A stretch of 64,000 nucleotides of DNA, taken from positions 45,954,464 to 46,018,463 of the forward strand of contig NC_043011.1 of NCBI RefSeq assembly GCF_006345805.1. The letters run 5' to 3'. Source of the DNA: Octopus sinensis (lineage: Eukaryota). The number at the start of each line of letters is the position of its first letter. Position 1 is the stretch's first letter. Under the pieces are notes generated by a model. It saw nothing but the letters and a program-made list of their open reading frames with translations, searched no databases and had not been told where the DNA came from. The position numbers and the translations under genes are program-made. This document shows positions 52,263 through 64,000 of this stretch, one piece after another.

Positions 52263-53069
52263 GAAACAAATTCTTCTTCTTCTTGTTATTTTGTGAAGAG
52301 GTCCTATAGGTGATGAACAGGCAGAATCATTAAAGTTGTGACAAGAATGCCTTGTGGTATTTGTTCTGACTCTTTATGTTCTGGGTTCAAATCTTACCAT
52401 GGCATACTTGGGTGACAGACAATCTCTTGTCCAATCTAAGACAACTACCTAAGATTCTGAGTGTGTTAAACAAAATCTTCTCTTTGTAAGCATTTGGGTT
52501 AGGCCTCCAGTTTGAGGACAGCTTCTTCCTTTTCTCCCGCCAGTCTCAAGACCCTGCAAAGACTCATGGACATTGATTTTTCTCCAGAATAAAAGATATA
52601 TTTAAGAAAAAAAAAAACAATAGTCATTTGTAAGCCATCACAGTTATGCTCCACCCAGGGGCAGAGCAGTTTTGCAACTTAACCAGATGAAAAACGAAAT
52701 TGCCCATTGTGTTTTTGCAGTGGATCTGTGATGGGCGAGAGAAAGAAAACAAGGCTTAGGGTCATCTTTGCAACAGAAACTTGACTCAAACATTTGTAAA
52801 ACCAAGCAACAAATCTACTATTGAAGAACTTGCAATTGGCTTCCATGGAATTTGTTTCTCTTCAGTTTTACTCTTAAAACTTGAGTCAACCTAAGGCTAT
52901 GATCAAAGATACTTGCATTAAGTGCCCAACAATGGGATTGATCTTGAAATAAATCACATGATTGTGAAGCAAACTTTTTAATCAGAATGGCCATATAGGA
53001 GAGTTTTTGCATAATCACTCGGCCTGTTCAATGCAAATATTCCACAGTGAAATTCTTTGTTGCATTTAA

Positions 53070-53288
53070 CCCTTTCATTACTGTATTTATTTTGAGATGC
53101 TCTGTGTTTCTTTCAATTATTTTAAATATAACAAAGGGTTTGTAAAATGACTTAGTTATCATTAAGCTAGTGTTATGAACATAACTAGTAACTAAGGTTT
53201 GGTGGAAGATTTTAATTCAAAACTTATGGAAACCAAACATTTGTCCTCAGAGCCAGAGCTGGTTTCAGCTGGGTTGGTATTGAAAGGG
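53070..53288 (+). mobile_element. piggyBac-like MITE family P1
   Basis: TTAA at 53066-69 and 53289-92. Confidence 0.9.
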
Positions 53289-53308
53289 TTAAATTACTCA
53301 TTTGTTAA

Positions 53309-53529
53309 ACCTTTGGTTATTATATTTATTTTGAGATGCTCTGTGTTTCTTTTAATTATTTTAAATATAACAAATAATTTAGTAAAATGACTTAGTTATC
53401 ATTAAGCTAGTGTTATGAACATAACTAGTAACTAAGGTTTGGTGGACGATTTTAATTCAAAACTTATGAAAACAAAACATTTGTACTACAGAGCCAGAGG
53501 TGGTTTCAGCCAGATTAGTAACGAAAGGG
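53309..53529 (+). mobile_element. piggyBac-like MITE family P1, tandem second copy
   Basis: TTAA at 53305-08 and 53530-33. Confidence 0.9.
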
Positions 53530-54509
53530 TTAAAATGGCATCTCTTTGGTTATCTAATTTTTAGCTGACTTGCCAAGAAAGGTTCAGATGACTAACCATG
53601 AACTTGTAGGCATGGTTTTGATAGAGATGGTATAAATGGTTACTGATAAAGATGGAGGAAGGTTGGGGGACATCAGTTTAGGTCATATCTGAAGCCATAT
53701 GATTCATAATTAACATTAGATAAACTTAGCTAGAAAACTGATAAAATAATTCTTCAATTGGATAGCAGTAACAACAGCAACAATAATGATGATAAATCTC
53801 TCTGCTAAGGTAATGTTTAAATAATTCTGTTGGAGCACTGTGAAATTTTCCTTTTATTTTTCTGTATGTATTCCATAGATAAATATCCTTGCTGGATATA
53901 CAAACTCAAACAGTGGTTGAACAGGTCAATGAAAGGTTCACTGAAGACACGGATATAATTTGTATTTTACTAACATGAATGTTATCAAATCCTGCAGATC
54001 TAGTTATAACTAGTATGTGAACTATTGGAACAAATTTGTTCACCTTTCCTAACACTAACCACTTACTTGTCAACTCCAAACGGTGGTTACTTTCAGTTAC
54101 ATAATTAGAAAGAAACTAACATTCTACACTGTCTCTTCTAACCATTGATACACCAGTCTCTATGATTCTGAATTCCCCAATTCTCTACAATTTTGCTTAC
54201 ACCAACCTAATATACAAGCCTCCACATTTCTGTACTTCCACTTCTTACCACAAAGCTCTTCTTTGAACTTCACTTAGCATATTGTTAATCGTTTTTTCCC
54301 TAGATTGACGGAATACCCAGTGTGTGGACATGCTTACCTATCACTTGGATTATCCCAAAAATGGTTGTAAGACTTCAAACTCACCTTACCCTAATGAAAT
54401 TATTCTAAATGGCTTGAGATACTTGTTCTACCTTGGTTTTGTTTTTTCCTCTAATATATGTATATATAATTTGTGCGTATGTATGTATATACATATGTAT
54501 ATATGTATA

Positions 54510-54640
<131 letters not shown>

Positions 54641-54862
54641 GTAAAAGTACCAACCGATCGTGGCCATTTGCCAGCCTCCTCTGGCCCCTGTGCCGGTGGC
54701 ACGTAAAAAACACCCACTACACTCACGGAGTGGTTGGTGTGTTAGGAAGGGCATCCAGCTGTAGAAACACTGCCAGATCAGACTGGAGTCTGGTGTAGCC
54801 TCCATGGCTTCCCAGATCCCGGGTCGAACCGTCCAACCCATACTAGCATGGAAAACGGACGT
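54641..54862 (+). mobile_element. SINE-like family D, short form
   Basis: One array unit, shared tail and (GAT)n. Confidence 0.85.
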
Positions 54863-54981
54863 TAAACGATGATGATGATAATGATTGCATCCCACTGGAA
54901 TTTCCTCTTAACAACCAACAATTCTACTTCTATATTAAAAGCACTGATGTTCATCTAACCACCACTGGCTACCAGATGTTG

Positions 54982-54984
<3 letters not shown>

Positions 54985-55020
<36 letters not shown>

Positions 55021-55320
55021 TATTATTATTACAGTCAGGCTCCAATCTGGGCCATAACAATAAAGTTACTTCTCAATCCATCATCATCACTGCCTCAAGG
55101 TCCTAGATACATTCCAGGCCAGTGTCAGCAATCAAATTGCTGATGTAAGTGTGACAATGTTTTCTTCTTTTTTACATCATCACCATGAAGTGGGTGCCAC
55201 AAAACTGATTTGAATGCTTCCAGTTCAGGTTGGCGCATGTAATGACCAAATAGTCACAACTGTATTTGCCTGATCTTCTCGTTAACTTTCAGCAAGTCTC
55301 CGTGAAGTCAGAAAGTTAGA
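54985..55320 (-). mobile_element. RTE-clade LINE 3' end with a (TAA)n tail (second RTE family)
   Basis: LLKVNEKIRQIQL*LFGHYMRQPELEAFKSVLWHPLHGDDVKRRKHCHTYISNLIADTGL, matching the RTE pattern RLR.AGH..R.......LW.P.HG...GRP..TYI..L..DTGL. Confidence 0.8.
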
Positions 55321-55365
55321 CCTGCCAAAAGATGTTACCTGCATAGAATACAACCAAACAGACAT

Positions 55366-55520
55366 GGCTGCATGGTAAGAAGCTTGCTTCCGAAAAAACA
55401 TGGTTCCAGATTCAGTTCTACCATGTGACATCTTGGGCAAGTGTTAGCTACTTTTGCCTTGGGCTGACCAAAGCCTTATGAGTGGATCTGGTTGATAGAA
55501 GCTGAAAGAAGCCTTTTGTA
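55366..55520 (+). mobile_element. SINE family A head
   Basis: ggtaagaagcttgcttcc...cttgggcaagtg...gaaagaagcc. Confidence 0.75.
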
Positions 55521-55521
55521 T

Positions 55522-55757
55522 ACTCTTTTACTGGTTTCAGTCATTTGACTGTGGCCATGCTGGAGCACCGCCTTTAGTCGAGCAAATCGACTCCATGACT
55601 TATTCTTTGGAAGCCTAGTACTTATTCTATTGGTCTCTTTTGCCAAACCACTAAGTTAAGGGGACGTAAACACACCACCATCGGTTATCAAGCGATGTTG
55701 CGGGGGACAAACACAGACACACAAACAAACACACACTCATACACATACATACATACA

Positions 55758-55792
<35 letters not shown>

Positions 55793-55962
55793 GTATATAC
55801 GGTGGGCTTCTTTCAGTTTCCATCTACCAAATCCACTCACAAGGCTTTGGTCAGCCCGAGGCTATAGCAGAAGACACTTGCCCAAGGTGCCACGCAGTGG
55901 GAATGAACCCAGAACCATGTGGTTGGTAAGCAAGCTACTTACCACACACCCACTCCTCCGCC
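55522..55962 (-). mobile_element. SINE family A, full length
   Basis: Collinear; (CATA)n linker. Confidence 0.9.
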
Positions 55963-56367
55963 TATGCGTATATATTAAAAATGTATTGGAGTTGGGTCAT
56001 TCAACTAAAAATTCTCCAAGTTAGTAGTGCTCCAGCATGGCCACAATGTAATGACTGAAACAAGTGAAAGATAAAAGATAAAAGATAAACTGCCACTGTC
56101 CACTGGATGCAGAAAATCACACTGAAGTCCACCAACCATCACTGTTCACCACATTAATTATAAAAAAAACTCAATGAGCAGTATCCTTTCCCAGTTTCTG
56201 ATACACAAATAAATTTAATATTGGAAAACTCAGTTTCTGAATTTTGCTTTGAAATCAAGTGTTTACAAGTAATATATTCACCATTTTCACCTTCCATATA
56301 CCCATATTTACCATTTTTGGCTGACTTATATCCATATTCTTTACACCTGACTCTCAAAATGCCCTAC

Positions 56368-56893
56368 CCACATTCATCATTTTCACCTGATACATACCTG
56401 TATTCCCAATTTTCACCTGAATAGTAAATGTGGGTGTCATCATCATCATCTAAATGGCGATGATGATGATGATGATAATGACTTCATGCCTATATACTCC
56501 TTATTTTCTCTTGACATGTATCCACATTCACCATTTTTACCTGATACATACCTGTATTCCCAATTTTCACCTGAATAGTAAATGTGGGTGTCCTCATCAT
56601 CATCGTCTAAATGGCGATGATGATGATGATGATAATGACTTCATGCCTATATACTCCTTATTTTCTCTTGACATGTATCCACATTCACCATTTTCACCTG
56701 ATACATACCTGTATTCCCAATTTTCACCTGAATAGTAAATGTGGGTGTCCTCATCATCATTGTCTAAATGGCAATGATGATGATGATGATGATAATGACT
56801 TCATGCCTATATACTCCTTATTTTCTCTTGACATGTATCCACATTCACCATTTTCATCTGATATATACCTATATTCCTTATTTTCACCTGCCA
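56368..56893. repeat. Tandem repeat, about 3.3 units of 154/157/160 bp
   Basis: ccacattca starts at 56368, 56522, 56679 and 56839; length differences lie in the (TCA)n/(GAT)n runs. Confidence 0.95.
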
Positions 56894-57104
56894 TTTAGCT
56901 GTATTCTCTATTTTCACCTAACATGTATTTCTTCCATTTAATCTGATATATGCACCTACTCATACCTGTAAGTTCAACACAAAGACTTCTACTCCATAAT
57001 GGTAGGTAAAATGAACGAACAGCATTTAAATTCACAAAAATAAAAAGTATAAAAAAAAACAAAGTCAAAATATTTAAGTTTTTGTTATCAGCTAATTTTG
57101 ATTT

Positions 57105-57509
57105 ATCTTTTACTTGTTTCAGTCGTTTGACTGTGGCCATGCTGGAGCACCGCCTTTAGTCGAGCAAGTCGACCCCAGGACATATTCTTTGGAAGCCTAG
57201 TACTTATTCTATTGGTCTCTTTTGCCGAACTGCTAAGTTACGGGGATGTAAACACATCACCATCGGTTGTCAATTGATGTTTGGGGGACAAACACAGACA
57301 CACATACATATACACCCACATACATATATATACATATACATATATACAATGGGCTTCTTTCAGTTTCCATCTACCAAATCCACTCACAAGGCTTTGGTCA
57401 GCCTGAGGTTATAGTAGAAGACACTTGCCCAAGGGGCCATGCAGTGGGAATGAACCCAGAACCATGTGGTTGGTAAGCAAGCTACTTACCACACAGCCAC
57501 TCCCGCGCC
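57105..57509 (-). mobile_element. SINE family A, full length
   Basis: Collinear with the other copies. Confidence 0.9.
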
Positions 57510-57879
57510 TATGATTGTTGATGACTAACCAATTTATTCTGATGACAACTGATTAGCTTAATTAAAATATGTGAGTAAGGGTGTGTACATATATGTTCAT
57601 TCAAATTGTTTACTTCAAAAAGTTGTGAATTATTTATTATTAAAGATGTTAGGATGTTAGAAATGAGAGTGTTGATGGAAAGATACTAACCTGGGATTAA
57701 CAGAACATTAATACAGATAAATCCTAAACCTTGACGGTATTTTATGAAACACCATCTAATTTTGATTTCATGGGATTAAACAGGATATAAGATTGTCTCT
57801 GTTAATATTAGTATGTTACATATTTCTAATAGCTGCAGCTGGGGCATGTAAAATTAAATGCATTGCCAAGTTAAACAAA

Positions 57880-58208
57880 AAAAATGGCACTCCATCAGTT
57901 ACAATGCTGAGGATCCCACTTGATCCGATGAAAGGAACAGCCTGCTCATGAAATAAATGTGCAAGTGGCTGAGTACTCCACAGACACGTGTACACTTAAT
58001 ATAGTTCTCCAAGAGGTTCAGCATGACACTGAATGTAATGAGGCTGGTCCTTTGAAATACAGGTATTACTCATTTTTTACCAGCTGAGTGAGCTGGAGCA
58101 ATGTATAATAAAGGGACTTGCTCAAGGACACACCGTGCCATTGGGAATTGAACCCAGGACATTACAATCATGAGCTAAATACCTTAACCACTGAACCACA
58201 CACCTTCA
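57880..58208 (-). mobile_element. SINE family B, degenerate
   Basis: gcactccatcagttac...ggaacagcctgctc...ctcaaggacac...cttaaccactga. Confidence 0.8.
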
Positions 58209-58429
58209 CTATTCCTAAGTACATAATACACACCCTCGCAGACAATTGAGGCAGTTGGCCATGTCTGTATTTATCCCATTTTACTTCTGAAAATAAAAGA
58301 TGAAGTAAGAATGACTTAATGATGATATGGCTTAACACCAAGAACTGAAATTGCCAGGAATGTTTCTAAAATACTTAATGACTCATTAAAACTATGCTGG
58401 AAATCTTGTTCTATTTGATATATATATAT

Positions 58430-58810
58430 TTCTTCTTTATCTTCTTTATGTCTTTAACCCACCAATGTGGAGTATAGGCCACTTAAAGTTGACTTCCATG
58501 TTGCATAATTTTTCGCTTCTGTACTTATACTCTGCCATGAATGTCCCCCTTTCTCTAGTTCCTTTTGTGTTGATCTATGCCACGAGTTCTTAGGCCAATC
58601 TCTCTTTCTATATCCATCCAGTTTCCACTGTAAAGCACTTTTCGCTACATTTGGTGTGTCTTTTCTAATTGTGTTATTAATCCACTTCCACTTTTTCTTA
58701 AATATTTGCTCCCTAATCGAAACTTGATTTGTTCTTTGCCATAGCTCCATAATGCTTGTGTTCGGGCCATCTAACTTTAAGTATACTACGCAAGCATCTG
58801 TTGATATATA
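58430..58810 (-). mobile_element. RTE-clade LINE 3' end, same family as 160-660
   Basis: YINRCLRSILKVRWP...MELWQRTNQVSIREQIFKKKWKW...LQWKLDGYRKR..PKNSWHRSTQKELEK; (AAAGAAG)-like tail. Confidence 0.9.
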
Positions 58811-60179
58811 TAAAATAAAAAGAAGTATATTAAATGTATTTGTTGTAGTTACCAATAAGACACTGTGAGTTTATTGTCCCTATCTTTGTTAGTCAAGGAA
58901 ATAAAGACAGGAACAGCAGTGTATGAGGATGTAATGGCTGTCCATCAATGTAATGACTGTCCAAATGCTAACAACCTAATTTTAACTCTTAACAAGCTGG
59001 AGGAATTAGAGAACTAATGGAATAACAAAGTAAGCAAATGGTAACTTATAAATCTAATTAACCCCCCAAATGTGTTGGCTATTTGCTTAGTGGAAAGTTC
59101 TAGAATTCAATAATGAACATTTAAATTACTTTACACTAGAATTTCCTCCCAAACATATACCTATAAACTCAGTTACGCTATACAAATTCAAGGAAAATTA
59201 ATGAGCTCGTTTAATTAATATCACCTTCAACAAACATTGTTCTTTTCTGCATGAAGAGAAAGAGCCACTCTGCAGACCTAACACTTTTTTTTCTATGGTT
59301 TAACATGTAAAAAAGATCTTGCAAAATAATTTTTGAGACATGTTTGCTCTTACTGAGAAAACTTCTATTCAAAGACATTTCATTTGTAATCCTCCAATTT
59401 TTCTCATTCGTAGTGTATCTAAACCTACATTTTCTTTTTATTCTTTCAATGGTTTCACTCATTGGACTTTGACCATGCTGGAGCACTGCCTTAACTTATT
59501 TTCTATTGGTTTTGTTGTCACTTTATGGCAAGAAATTGGTCTATGATTGAGTTTGTAGTAGCTGATCTCTGAGTGTATCTTGTATAATTTTAGATACAAT
59601 AAAAAGAAAAAAAAAGTATTGCATTCTAATTAGACATTTTTGTAAATAAGACTTACACAAACTATGTTTCACAGGCCTATTTTTCCACTGGTTAAATATA
59701 TATTCAAGCTTAAATGCATTTGCAACATAAAAACATGGTGTTTAAAGATAGGACACATCATCCTCTAATGCGTCCTTTTTTAAAAAGAAACAAAAAAAAA
59801 ACTCAGGTGTAATTTGAAAATGATTTGGCAATCACACAGGGGTGTGGACGCTCCCTTGGCTTGTTAAGTAAGATCATTTGTTATTAGGTATAATTACAAT
59901 ACTGACAGTTATTCTGAATAATCATGAGATATGGTTTTAAATTGATTAAGGAATTTCAGATTTACATGGTATTTGCATTTATTCAAATCTATATCCTTGT
60001 CATCCATTCATTTTTGTTTTTCTTTATGTCAATAATCACCTAATCCATCTTGTTGTTATGATAGAATGGGTGAATGATTTGATTTAGTGTATAATGGTTG
60101 GATGTTGTTGCATCCCTTGGCTGCTTTACAGGCAAGGGACTTTTTACTACTCTGATATCAAATGGAAATTGTAGTTGTG

Positions 60180-60512
60180 ATACCTGTGCTGGTGGCACGT
60201 AAAAAGCACGATCTGAAAGTGGCCGATGCCAGTGCTGCCTTGACTGGCTTGTGCCGGTGGCATGTAAAAAGCACCAACTGATTGTGGTCGCTGCCAGCCT
60301 CCCCTGGCATCTGTGCCAGTAGCACGTAAAAAGCACCCCCTACACTCACGGAGTGGTTGGTGTTAGGAGGGGCATCCAGCTGTAGAAACACTGCCAGATC
60401 AGATGGGAGCCTGGTGCAGCCTCCTGGCTTCCCAGATCCCGGTCGAACCGTCCAACTCGTGCTAGCACGGAAAACGGACGTTAAACGATGACGACGACGA
60501 TGATGATGATGA
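60180..60512 (+). mobile_element. SINE-like family D
   Basis: About 2.5 array units, tail and (GAC/GAT)n. Confidence 0.85.
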
Positions 60513-61454
60513 TAAGAGCACAGAGCTATGGGATGTAATGTTCTCTAGGAATGTAAATGTGGCAACACTGTTTTTTTTGCTCAAAGAATCTAATACAAAG
60601 AAGTAGAAATAAAATCTTCATGCCCCACTTCATGCACACACACACACACACACACACATACACAGCTAAATTAAGGCAGTGAATGAGCTGAGTCATTAGA
60701 ATATAGAGAGATTGCCTTAAAGTAATTGATTCTACTCTCGACTCACTGAGTTCAAATAGAGCTGAGGTCTCCTTTTGCCGTCCATCATTTTAGAATTGAT
60801 AAATAAAGTACCAGTCCTGTACTAAAGTTGATTCTCATGGTTCCTTTCCCTTCTCTTTCTTTTGGTCTGTGTCCTCTTCTGGAAGAAATTGGCTGTTGTT
60901 GAACTTGGAGCGGGGTGGTTTTTTTAGGCCTAAAAGTTGCCAAAGACTTGCCATATATCACAAGGTGATCTTATGCTTCCATCAGGAGTTAGTAGTCCAA
61001 GACCGTGCTAGACAAAAACACACACACACACACACTCATCTGAGGGCTTCATCAGGCACTAGAGCAAGAGATCTGTTTAAGATGGGGAAACAGAAAACTA
61101 GGCAGAAGGAAAAATCTACAAGTGAAGAATAGATGAGCAAATATCTATGGTATAGTATGGGGAGATTCTTAGTTTTGTCTCAGTTGACAAAGATATCATT
61201 GAATATAGGTATACATATGTGAATGTGTGTATGTGTAAACATATATATGCAAACACATGTTTCTGTCTATCACTTCCACCCAGGAGAGTTGACCCAAGGT
61301 GCCTCTCAGTTGGTCTAAACCTAAGATCATCTTCATGTAAAGTGTTTATGTTAATGAAATCTGGAGAAACAAGATGTTTAAGAGAGTTGATAAAGGGATT
61401 GTCAAGGAAGCTATGAGTGAATAATATGTTATTTTTATATGTTCTGATTATATA

Positions 61455-61494
<40 letters not shown>

Positions 61495-61580
61495 ATATAC
61501 AATTGCAGCATGGAAGGTGTTTATAAGCCATTTAAGAAACACACAAAAACCGTTAGATTCACTTCTACATTTAATTTTAA

Positions 61581-61632
61581 TTTGTCAAAATATTTTCATC
61601 GCTTTCAGACCGTGACCTGTTCACTGACAAAA
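61581..61632 (-). ncRNA. Hammerhead-like motif with a G3-C8 variant core
   Basis: Minus strand UUUGUCA GUGAACA G GUCAC ggucugaaa GCGAU GAAA AUAU UU UGACAAA; 7-bp stem I; stem II has one mismatch and one wobble. Confidence 0.5.
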
Positions 61633-61655
61633 TTCTGGTTTTGTGTGTTTCTTAA

Positions 61656-61875
61656 CCCTTTAGCATTCAGATTAATTTGTCAAAAGTAATCCTTATTTAT
61701 TCACATTTAAAAAAATTTATCTGATATTATTTTGTACCTTCAAGATAGGAAAGATGTAATTGCTTATTTTTAGAGTGACATTGCAGGGTAGTTGTGAGAT
61801 GCATGTTCTGGCCAGTTTGAGCATAAAATGTGTAGAATATTTGGGCCAGATACAGCCGGTTTAAACATTAAAGGG
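61656..61875 (+). mobile_element. piggyBac-like MITE family P2 (220 bp)
   Basis: TTAA TSD 61652-55 and 61876-79; CCCTTTA...TAAAGGG ends; the empty-site sequence is seen at 42205-42235. Confidence 0.9.
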
Positions 61876-61968
61876 TTAAATGGCTTATAAACACCTTCCA
61901 TGCTGCAATTGTTTTCGTTCCAGCACACGATCTCAGATCAGGTCACTTGCTAGGCAAGTACATCTCCG

Positions 61969-62014
<46 letters not shown>

Positions 62015-63157
62015 TAGAAGGTTTGGAGGTGATGTACAGGTATTATATAATTTTTTCTAATATATATATATAATTGGAATGTCTTAATCTCAGTGAAGAA
62101 ATCAAAGGAAACATTTGAAGGAAGCTGCTGGTTTACTTTTAACAGATATAACATATTTGAAGGGGTCTGTTTTCTCTAGTTTGCAGAGCACAACAAAAAG
62201 GATTGGATATGAAGAATTTCAGGATCTGGTATATACATAAGTGAAATGATTGAGAGTCATCTTGTGGCCAATCATAAGTGATTGTCAACATAGTAGGAAC
62301 TGATTTTTTACTCTAGTAAACTAAAAGAAAAATAAATTCCTCATTGGACACTATTTAGATAGAGCTAAACAAGTTATATTTCACATATCTTCTCATATTC
62401 TTCTGCATGTTGGATATACATCCAAGCTTCCATGTATATATTACATGAAGAAATGGTATTAATGTTCTGGATATAAAATAACCAAAATAACACCAATGTT
62501 ATTATGCTGACTGAACATGATAGTGTTGAAGGTTCAGGAAATAAGGAAACAATTTGAAGAAGCGTTTATGCTGTTGATGAAATAGTCAGACATAACGAAA
62601 ATAGAAAAAGAAAAATAAATGAGGTGATGTGGTGCAAAAGTTAATTGTACACTGGAAAGAAATTTGGCCAACTTGGAACTAATAAATATTCTGGTAACAT
62701 ACATCTTACATGTCAAGAAGTTGATTAAAGAAACAACATGTATTAACTTTAATGGCATCAAAGGAATATGGTAAATACTGAATCAATTTAATGAGTTTTT
62801 CTAGTGTGATATTCTGAAATTCATTAACGGCTATGAATAAATTGCGGTTAATTTTACAAGTTTATGCTAATTATCCCACTGTATTGTGGTACTTGAAACA
62901 TTTACTGTGTTAAATATTCACTAAACTACAGGATCCAAGCAACCTCAAAAAAACACACTAAATAATACTAGGAAAGACACTGGAAGTGAACAAAATATGA
63001 GACAACATAAGAGAATGAATAAAGTTTAAGGTGGAGGGCAGCTGAGGGGATCTCACTTCCTCTTCTTAATTTTTCAAACCCCAAGCCAAAGATGACCCTT
63101 CAATTATTATCATCATCATCATCATCACCATTATTATTATTGTTGTTGTTATAATAA

Positions 63158-63335
63158 AGGTGGCGATTGGCAGAATCATTAGAATGCAGGACAAAATGCT
63201 CAGCAGTATTTCATCTGACTTCACGTTCTGAGTTCAAATTCCGCCAAGGATGATTTTGCCTTTCACCCTTTCAGGGTCGATAAATTAAGTACCAGTGAAA
63301 TTTTGGCTTTGTGCCTTTAGTAAGAAAGGATTATT
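63158..63335 (+). mobile_element. SINE family C, internally deleted
   Basis: aaggtggcgattggcagaatc...ttttgcctttcaccctttcagggtcg. Confidence 0.8.
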
Positions 63336-63339
63336 TTTA

Positions 63340-63612
63340 TTATCATTATTATTATTATTGTTATTATTATGGAGTGAGAAAGCAATGCATGGCATCAAAG
63401 TGACACTCAGGTAAAATATACGAGGCCCAGTATACCCATCATGACTACCCGTCTGATAAGGGTACACCAGGCACATGCATCACAACTATATGTGCATGAC
63501 ATGGTGATCTCGTATCAAGATAAACAGCACATGACCTTGCAGGTGGGGCCCAGTTAGAATTTTCTGTAGGCCGAGTAGCCCCTCCCGCTCAAAAGGTCCC
63601 TCAATAAGGATT
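63340..63612 (-). mobile_element. Probable 3' UTR of a non-LTR retroelement with a (TAA)n tail
   Basis: GC-richer block; the minus strand ends ...gctttctcactcc(ATA)n; family not identified. Confidence 0.5.
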
Positions 63613-63624
63613 GTTTAAGGATGT

Positions 63625-64000
63625 TGTTCTGAGTTCAAATTCTGCAGAGGTCATCTTTGCCTTTGATCCTTTCTGGGTCAATAAACGAAATAGCAGTAAA
63701 ACACTGGGGTCGATGTAACTGACAACTCCCCTCCCCTACAAATTTCAGGTCTTGTGCCTTCAGTAGAAAGGATTATTATTATTATCATTAAAGTGGCAAG
63801 CTGGCAGGTTTGTTAGCACGCTGGATGAAATGCTTAGTGGTATTTTACCCTTTGTTATGTTCTGAGTTCAAATTCTGCCGAGGTCGATTTTGCCTTTCAT
63901 CATTTCAGGGTCAATTAATTAAGAGCCAATTATGCTTTGGGGTTGATGTAATCAACTAGACCCCTACCCAACAATTTCAGGCCTTGTGCCTATAATAGAA
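63625..64000 (+). mobile_element. Two family C SINEs (63625-63775 partial; 63790 to window end)
   Basis: ttctgagttcaaattctgc...ctttgccttt.atc domain occurs twice. Confidence 0.8.

Larger units (their letters stand above)
61497..61972. mobile_element. Second Penelope-like family: inverted head-to-head fragments between (TA)n tracts, right arm split by a MITE
   Basis: caattgcagcatggaagg...cacacaaaaacc mirrors ggttttgtgtgtttcttaa|atggcttataaacacc...tgcaattg once 61656-61879 is removed. Confidence 0.7.

Noticed and set aside
52400-53030. SQDPA resembling the mariner YSPDLAP motif
   Set aside because: Too weak, with no other catalytic motifs or TIRs.

Overview
This is AT-rich, repeat-dense eukaryotic DNA. 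Its SINE repertoire and microsatellite load strongly resemble an Octopus (coleoid cephalopod) intron or intergenic region; the taxon is inferred from memory of the repeat families, not from a search. I found no host protein-coding gene I can support. Almost all listed ORFs are microsatellite or SINE read-through. The only real protein signal is decayed transposon sequence: three RTE-clade LINE 3' ends, one CR1 3' end, an R4/Dong-like 5' region, and a mariner 5' end. Four SINE-like families (labelled A-D here) and TTAA-flanked and hAT-type MITEs fill much of the window. The most interesting signal is a set of short head-to-head inverted elements sitting in (TA)n/(TAA)n tracts that carry minimal type I hammerhead ribozyme motifs. 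One has a canonical core inside a perfect 143-bp inverted repeat (39536-39890). Two copies of a second family have a G3-C8 swapped core (about 42.1 kb and 61.6 kb). These look like non-autonomous Penelope-like or retrozyme-like elements. There are also two near-identical inverted SINE pairs about 1 kb apart that share private mutations. Repeat boundaries are read by eye and are approximate unless a TSD is quoted.
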